From: Candidatus Parcubacteria bacterium
Lineage (GTDB): Bacteria > Patescibacteriota > Minisyncoccia > Phycocordibacterales > UBA918
DNA length: 64,000 bases
Reading direction: 5' to 3'
Assembly (NCBI GenBank): GCA_046050355.1
Contig: JBJOPW010000001.1
Location: 67,858-131,857, forward strand
The notes beneath the pieces were generated by a model. That model was not told the DNA's origin. It saw nothing but the letters and a program-made list of their open reading frames with translations, and made no database searches. Shown here piece by piece: positions 58,657-64,000 of this stretch (the stretch's first letter is position 1; each line of letters starts with the position of its first letter). The position numbers were made by a program, and so were the translations under genes.

Positions 58657-60570
58657 CTAGCCGGTCCAGTTGAAGAGGAGAATCGAGAAGTCCGTCAAAT
58701 TCACCTTACCGTCCTGACTAATATCCGCGGGCGGATTGGAGTCGCCACCATCAGTACTCCACCAGAAAAGGAGAATAGAAAAGTCGGTGAGGTTCACCTT
58801 ACCATCACGATTGAGATCAGAATTATTACCCGCTGCTTGTGATGGCCCACCGACTCCATAGAGGGTGTACTGTGAGAAGTTTGATGTCAGTGTACCATCA
58901 ACTGCTCTCGCACGTACTTTGTAGGTGCCATTACTAAATCCACTGGTATCCACTGGTGTTGACCACGCCCCACTACTATTAGCGGTAACGGTGTATGACT
59001 TGCGTGACGCGGTGTTTTTGTCCTTTTCATTCTCAATGGTAACCTGAGCATTCGGGAAAGTATAGCCAGAAATCGTCAATGCTTGTCCGGGATTAACTGG
59101 ATTCGGTGAAACCAGAATCGAAGGCGGAATATTGATATTACTGAGAGCAGATTCACGAGCTCCGGCCACGGTAAAGGAAGTACTGAAGGTTGAAGACTTC
59201 GTCCCCGCTTGATCGGTGGCATAGATGCCAAAGGTGTATGCACCCCGAGCGATTTTGTCCACGGTGGCAGTATACGAACCATCATTGGTAGCGTTGGCAG
59301 TTACCGCTGCTTTGCCGTCAACGAGCACCGTTATCTTTGCTCGTGGCGAAGCATAACCAGTGATCACCACTTGTCCATCACCACTACGGTACGGACCCGG
59401 AGCTGATTCGAATCCCCCGCCCCCGCCCCCGCCACTAGCGCCGCCACTACCACCCCCACCGCCACCGCCACTGCCGCCACCAGAACTACCTGAAGTACTA
59501 CCACCACCGGTAGCCGGTCCACCACTATTACCACTACCGGAACCACTTCCAGTGCCCCCATTACCGGTACCAGTACCTGAGCCGCTACCATTACCATTTT
59601 CGGTTGAGCTACCGGTCGGCTGGTTGCTCACGAAGAAGCTAATAAGGTAGTCGTCGGGGTTAGTGTTACCTTCATCATCACGGCACCGCACGTAAAAATC
59701 TTGTTGAGAATTGGGTGTCACCGCCACCACCTGAGAATGGAAGAGGAGGCCTGAGTTAGAGAAGACAGCGGACATAGTGTTGTAATCAGCGCCTGGACTG
59801 CGCGCAAAACGACAAAACGCAAACTCATCAGTTTCGAGACTAATCTCTACATTTAAGGTCGTGCCACCAACGGTCGAGGTAGGCTGACCATTAAACCGAA
59901 ATGGGGGAATGGCTTCCGTCGTATCGACGGGGGCGACACCGACTTGATCAACAAGGGCAATCAAAAAACCAGCATTGCCAATCTCGCTAGCGGTATTATC
60001 AAAAATACGCATAGCTACTTCATGAGTACCAACCGTTGATCCATTAGTAATGCCAGGAATATCTGCCGGGGTGGTAGTAGTGCCGGTTGTGGTACTAAAA
60101 CTCGTACCGCCGGTTTGTGCGAGTGTCGTATGATTACCGATTTTTAACTCGAGCAAACTACCCGCTGCAATTCCTGTGGTTTGGTTGAGACGATACCGGA
60201 TGAGCCCCGGCGTACCCGGGACAATATCAACCTTATCATCACTTGCCGATACGACTGAACCAACCTCACGTCGCACACCGTTGACTCGTAACTCGACATT
60301 ACGGAGCTCGGAAAACTGGGCACTGCCCGCGACTGTAAAGTCTGTTGGTGGTGTAATCTCTAGATAGCCCTCAGGTGGTATACCCGTATCAACCAAACGA
60401 AAAGACAAGGTATGATTTGCAGCCCTTGTCGGCGCTGACTGCGAAATAGTGTCTTTGTACTCCTTCACATTACGAGCAAACGAAAATTGTGGCGATACAA
60501 ACAAAAAACCAATGAAGCCAAGCCACAAAGTCAAAGCAATGACCAGACGCAACGGTCTCGTGATATGCAT
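58657..60570 (-). CDS. Secreted protein: N-terminal domain related to the 402-aa protein, Gly-rich linker, two Ig-like domains, C-terminal dockerin
   Basis: KDTISQSAPTRAANHTLSF (compare SDTLSDSAPSVPSNHTISF); GSGSGTGTGNGGTGSGSGSGNSGG...GGGGGG. Dockerin DLNRDGKVNLTDFSILLFWW...DISQDGKVNLTDFSILLFNW. Start set to the ATG at 60570. Confidence 0.7.
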   Translation of the reverse strand: MHITRPLRLVIALTLWLGFIGFLFVSPQFSFARNVKEYKDTISQSAPTRAANHTLSFRLVDTGIPPEGYLEITPPTDFTVAGSAQFSELRNVELRVNGVRREVGSVVSASDDKVDIVPGTPGLIRYRLNQTTGIAAGSLLELKIGNHTTLAQTGGTSFSTTTGTTTTPADIPGITNGSTVGTHEVAMRIFDNTASEIGNAGFLIALVDQVGVAPVDTTEAIPPFRFNGQPTSTVGGTTLNVEISLETDEFAFCRFARSPGADYNTMSAVFSNSGLLFHSQVVAVTPNSQQDFYVRCRDDEGNTNPDDYLISFFVSNQPTGSSTENGNGSGSGTGTGNGGTGSGSGSGNSGGPATGGGSTSGSSGGGSGGGGGGGSGGASGGGGGGGFESAPGPYRSGDGQVVITGYASPRAKITVLVDGKAAVTANATNDGSYTATVDKIARGAYTFGIYATDQAGTKSSTFSTSFTVAGARESALSNINIPPSILVSPNPVNPGQALTISGYTFPNAQVTIENEKDKNTASRKSYTVTANSSGAWSTPVDTSGFSNGTYKVRARAVDGTLTSNFSQYTLYGVGGPSQAAGNNSDLNRDGKVNLTDFSILLFWWSTDGGDSNPPADISQDGKVNLTDFSILLFNWTG

Positions 60571-60636
60571 AGGTATATTGTACCTTGTGAGGATGAACAA
60601 AATGGGTGTTCTCCCACAGTTAAACAATGTTTGAAA

Positions 60637-62388
60637 CTACGTTTCAAGGAATCCTCCTGCTTGATGCGACCACAACCGAGCATACGTCCCACCAAACTGT
60701 AGCAGGCTATCGTGGGTCCCGTCTTCACTGATTTTACCTTCTTCGAGCACTATAATGCGATCCATCTCGCGGAGCGTGGAGAGGCGGTGAGCAATAGCGA
60801 TGACCGTCTTCCCTGCCATCAGTACATGGAGCGCCTTTTGAATTTCGACCTCACTTTCGCTATCAAGTGCTGAAGTCGCCTCGTCCAGCACGAGAATTGG
60901 CGCATCTTTGAGCATGGCGCGCGCAATCGCGATGCGCTGCTTTTGACCACCCGAGAGCTTTACACCACGCTCACCAACGAGGGTGTCGTAGCCCTGTGGT
61001 AGAGTCTCAATAAAGTCGTGGGCGTGCGCCTTTTTGGCCACCGCAATAACCTCTTCGTCGGTAACGTCTGGCTTCCCGTAGGCGATATTCTCACGAATAG
61101 TACGGTGGAATAAGGCCGGTTCTTGTGGCACTACCGCTATCGCGGCTCGTAGTGAATCTTGAGTCACGGCGGCGATATTTTGTCCATCAATTTCGATAGC
61201 ACCACTTTCGATATCGTATTGACGCAAGAGGAGCGACACAAAAGTACTCTTCCCAGCCCCTGATGGACCAACGAGACCAAGTCGCTGCCCGGCTGGGATA
61301 GTGAGCGAGAAGTCAGTAAACACTTCAGTACTTTCATGGTTAAACAACACTTGGTTAAAATCAATCTGTCCGTCTCTTACTTGCAGTGCTTTGGCGCCAA
61401 CCTGGTCAGTAACCGTATGTGGTTGGAGTATTTCTTTAAGACCTTCTTCGATGTTCCCATACTCACGAATAAAGCGATTGAGGGCCTGTCCGGTTGTAAT
61501 AAATAGATGTCCAACCCGTCCAAGGAGACCCAGAACGAGAACAAAAACACCAACGGATATCGCCTCTTCGCGCATCAGTATGTACAAGGTACTCAAAATG
61601 AGGGCTGTCATAAGAATGGCAAAAAGAGTATTCACCACCATGATGTTTTCGCCAAAAAATGATTGTTTAAGGTCACGCTTACTCCGCTCAGTAAAAAAAC
61701 CGGCCAAGCGCTGTAGTTCATTCTCGTATTGTGAAAAAAGACGAACTGCAGAAATGTTAGAGATGACATCCACCCCTTCACCACGCGACTTTGAGGCTGA
61801 TTCTGCGTAATGGACAACGTACGGACGTCGACGTTTTACCGCGAGGATATTAAATATAAAAACCGCAATAGTAATGAGTAACAGAATTACGCCAATACGG
61901 AAATCAACACTAAAAAACAAAACTAAGGTAACTATCAAACCAACGAACTCAGAGAAAAATGTCCAAACAATTTGAAACATTAATCCTGCACTACTATCCA
62001 TAGCATTTGAGACCTTGTTTGAAAGTGCCCCAGCAAAGCGGTCACTGAAATAGGTGTGGCTATGTTTGGCCAGATAGCCATACAAAATATTGTAGCCATC
62101 TTGGTGGAACTTTATAATCCAGTAAATGAGGGTGTAGCCACTAAGACGATAGAATATGAGATGAGCAGCATACAGAGCCAAAAATAATCCACCCCAAAAG
62201 ACCACCGTGTTGGCTTGGTCAACTTGGTTTTGAGCTTGCGAGAATCGCTCTACCAACTGTGCCGATACATAAAATATAAGAATATTCGCCAACTCAGCGG
62301 CCAGTACCAGTAACAAAGAAACTATTCCCAAGGTTTTGTAGCGGGAACTGATATACCATAAAAACTTTAATGGGGTGCGCGGAATCAT
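60637..62388 (-). CDS. ABC exporter, fused permease/ATPase (MsbA/type-I exporter-like)
   Basis: Six-TM N-terminal half; GPSGAGKST, LSGGQKQRIAIARAML, ILVLDEATSALD, IAHRLST. The track start is a GTG at 62394; the ATG at 62388 is preferred. Confidence 0.88.
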   Translation of the reverse strand: MIPRTPLKFLWYISSRYKTLGIVSLLLVLAAELANILIFYVSAQLVERFSQAQNQVDQANTVVFWGGLFLALYAAHLIFYRLSGYTLIYWIIKFHQDGYNILYGYLAKHSHTYFSDRFAGALSNKVSNAMDSSAGLMFQIVWTFFSEFVGLIVTLVLFFSVDFRIGVILLLITIAVFIFNILAVKRRRPYVVHYAESASKSRGEGVDVISNISAVRLFSQYENELQRLAGFFTERSKRDLKQSFFGENIMVVNTLFAILMTALILSTLYILMREEAISVGVFVLVLGLLGRVGHLFITTGQALNRFIREYGNIEEGLKEILQPHTVTDQVGAKALQVRDGQIDFNQVLFNHESTEVFTDFSLTIPAGQRLGLVGPSGAGKSTFVSLLLRQYDIESGAIEIDGQNIAAVTQDSLRAAIAVVPQEPALFHRTIRENIAYGKPDVTDEEVIAVAKKAHAHDFIETLPQGYDTLVGERGVKLSGGQKQRIAIARAMLKDAPILVLDEATSALDSESEVEIQKALHVLMAGKTVIAIAHRLSTLREMDRIIVLEEGKISEDGTHDSLLQFGGTYARLWSHQAGGFLET

Positions 62389-62426
62389 AGACACCCACTA
62401 TATCACAGGCTTATTTTGGCCCGAAA

Positions 62427-63419
62427 TCACGTAAACAACGAGACAATCACAAAGTAGACGAGGAGTGTCATCACATCACGAATCACGGTCGCTACCGGAC
62501 CACTCGTCAGGGCTGGGTCATATTTGAGCTTCGTGGCCAAAAACGGGATAACAAGCGCGACTACCATGGCGAGGGTAAGGGTGGCCAAAATAGCAGTAAA
62601 TAAGAGTGATACGAGCTCGGGCGCCCCAAACCACCATGAGGTAATTCCACCCACCAGGATACCGAGGATGGTAGCGAGGGTGCCAGAGACAATCACCTCA
62701 CGCATAAAGTACTTGCGAAACCGAGCAAAATGTCCTAATTCTGGATCAAGGGCAATGGCCCGGACAAAAATAATCTCCGTCTGTGAACCCACCGCATCAG
62801 CGAGATATACGACGAGTGGAATAAATGCCACAATGAGGACATGGGCCGCTAGCGCCTCTTCAAAGCCCTGGACAATTGAAGCTGCTAGCAGGCCACCAAG
62901 GAGACCAAGAATGAGCCATGGCAGACGCTTCCGGATGTGGAGCAGTGGTGTACCGGACAATAATGAGTTCTGTGGGTCTTCAAAATTAGTGGCCCCCGCA
63001 TGCGCCAGTGCATCATGGATCCGACCATAATGGAGAATATCGCGCACTTTGTCTGGTGTGACCACTCCGAGGAGCCGTCCAGTGGCCTGATCTACCACTG
63101 GTACTGCTTTGAGATTGTGATTGATAGCAGTGAGGGCTACCTGTTCGGCCGGAAGTGTCGCTGGTACAGATACCAATGTGGCCTTAGCGGCCGCAGCGGC
63201 AATGGTATGGTGTGAATGCGTAAAAACTTCTTTTATTGATACAACACCGGTAAGTTTTCGATTGGCATCTACCAAGTAAACATAGGCCACACTCGAGTAA
63301 GACGAGGCGTGTCTGGAGAGCAGGATCACAATCTCACCAATCGTAGCCTTGGGTGAAATTACTGGAACATTTTCCACCATGCAGTCGGTGGCGGTCTTAC
63401 CCTTAAAACGATCAGACAT
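62427..63419 (-). CDS. mgtE: MgtE-like divalent-cation channel (CBS pair + MgtE TM domain; lacks the usual N-terminal domain)
   Basis: CBS-like VPVISPKATIGEIV...GVVSIKEVF and AVPVVDQATGRLLGVVT. The TM part contains LAAHVLIVAFIPLVVYLADAVGSQTE. Confidence 0.7.
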   Translation of the reverse strand: MSDRFKGKTATDCMVENVPVISPKATIGEIVILLSRHASSYSSVAYVYLVDANRKLTGVVSIKEVFTHSHHTIAAAAAKATLVSVPATLPAEQVALTAINHNLKAVPVVDQATGRLLGVVTPDKVRDILHYGRIHDALAHAGATNFEDPQNSLLSGTPLLHIRKRLPWLILGLLGGLLAASIVQGFEEALAAHVLIVAFIPLVVYLADAVGSQTEIIFVRAIALDPELGHFARFRKYFMREVIVSGTLATILGILVGGITSWWFGAPELVSLLFTAILATLTLAMVVALVIPFLATKLKYDPALTSGPVATVIRDVMTLLVYFVIVSLFT

Positions 63420-63482
63420 AGCTAATCAGTATTATAGAGGGCGCTTTCTAAATAACCAACCCTCAGGCGTGTATTACCACCT

Positions 63483-63914
63483 CTATACAGACGGTATTGG
63501 TGTGGTGGTAGCGATTTGTAGTCGTCGCTCGCGGGCCCGGACATAGTCAAGGGCATAATTAAGCACAATGAGCACGAGGAGGATAAAAAGGATGGTGGTC
63601 AGTATAAAGGTTCCCGAATCCATTCCGGGTAACGGACTATTGTTGTTTAGGCCAACTTCTATCTCCCGCTCCGCTACGGCAAGTTCACGGGCATCGAGCT
63701 CACGGTCACGGGCAGTGAGAGCGGCTGTCATTTGGTTGAGCTCCGTTGGCGCCACCCCCACTGAGACACCAACCGCATTGGCTAGATACAGTTCGGTATT
63801 ATCGGCCAAACGAGCAGTCAATGGACTAAGGAGACCACCTTCAAAGACGAGCATAAGTGCTACCACCGCACTGGCAATACGCAATAGACTGTGGTACGTG
63901 GAATTGTATCCCAT
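63483..63914 (-). CDS. Hypothetical protein with two TM helices and a central coiled-coil
   Basis: ORF-track protein. Start set to the ATG at 63914 (MGYNSTYHS); the track start is a GTG directly after an in-frame TGA. Confidence 0.4.
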   Translation of the reverse strand: MGYNSTYHSLLRIASAVVALMLVFEGGLLSPLTARLADNTELYLANAVGVSVGVAPTELNQMTAALTARDRELDARELAVAEREIEVGLNNNSPLPGMDSGTFILTTILFILLVLIVLNYALDYVRARERRLQIATTTPIPSV

Positions 63915-64000
63915 ACACGTAGTATACACCTTAGGCAAACAGGATGAGAAGTCCAATAAAGAACAGTGCACTCACCGATAACATCACAAAGAAGATGAGG

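Noticed and set aside
59360-59650. Poly-proline-rich plus-strand ORF (PPPPPPPLAPPLPPPPPPP).
   Set aside because: It is the reverse complement of the GGN-rich glycine linker of the 58657-60570 gene, not an independent gene.
63972-64000. Possible end of a further minus-strand gene at the right edge (in-frame TGA near 63984-63986).
   Set aside because: Only ~14 nt of candidate coding sequence are in the window, so it cannot be supported.

Overview
Nearly the whole window is one minus-strand gene array. Only two genes lie on the plus strand. My inference, not provable from this sequence alone, is an uncultivated monoderm-type bacterium, possibly CPR/Patescibacteria-like, using the standard genetic code.

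Layout:
- Left ~7.5 kb is housekeeping: a uvrB fragment, tgt, an FKBP PPIase, CapA-like, AI-2E permease and thioredoxin-like genes. It is interrupted by a plus-strand HUH/Y1 (RAYT/IS200-like) transposase gene bracketed by AAAGACGAGG-N5-CCTCGTCTTT palindromes.
- From ~7.5 to ~60.6 kb lies a very large cell-surface island. It holds a 7,456-aa (22.4 kb) and a 2,053-aa secreted giant protein and four cohesin-like proteins (three TM-anchored paralogues plus one cohesin+dockerin adaptor). It also holds two dockerin-tailed secreted proteins that share a C-terminal cassette, and three two-beta-sandwich membrane proteins resembling DUF916/DUF3324. Four proteins end in a WxL-like C-terminal module. An Fn3-repeat protein and a MacB/FtsX-type ABC pair complete it.
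- Right end: Hsp20, an ABC exporter, an MgtE-like channel and a small membrane protein.

Non-coding highlights:
- A tandem pair of an unclassified structured RNA with compensatory base changes (28.79-29.11 kb), followed by an intrinsic terminator.
- A four-copy ~80-nt element lying 21-23 nt after TAG stops, with a covarying hairpin.
- A triplicated gene-3'-end segment forming a ~26-bp hairpin with the stop codon in its loop, plus an in-frame 43-codon extension.
- -10-like boxes 6-11 nt from ATGs, suggesting leaderless mRNAs.

I saw no rRNA, tRNA or CRISPR array. All domain calls come from reading the translations by eye; no database search was run.
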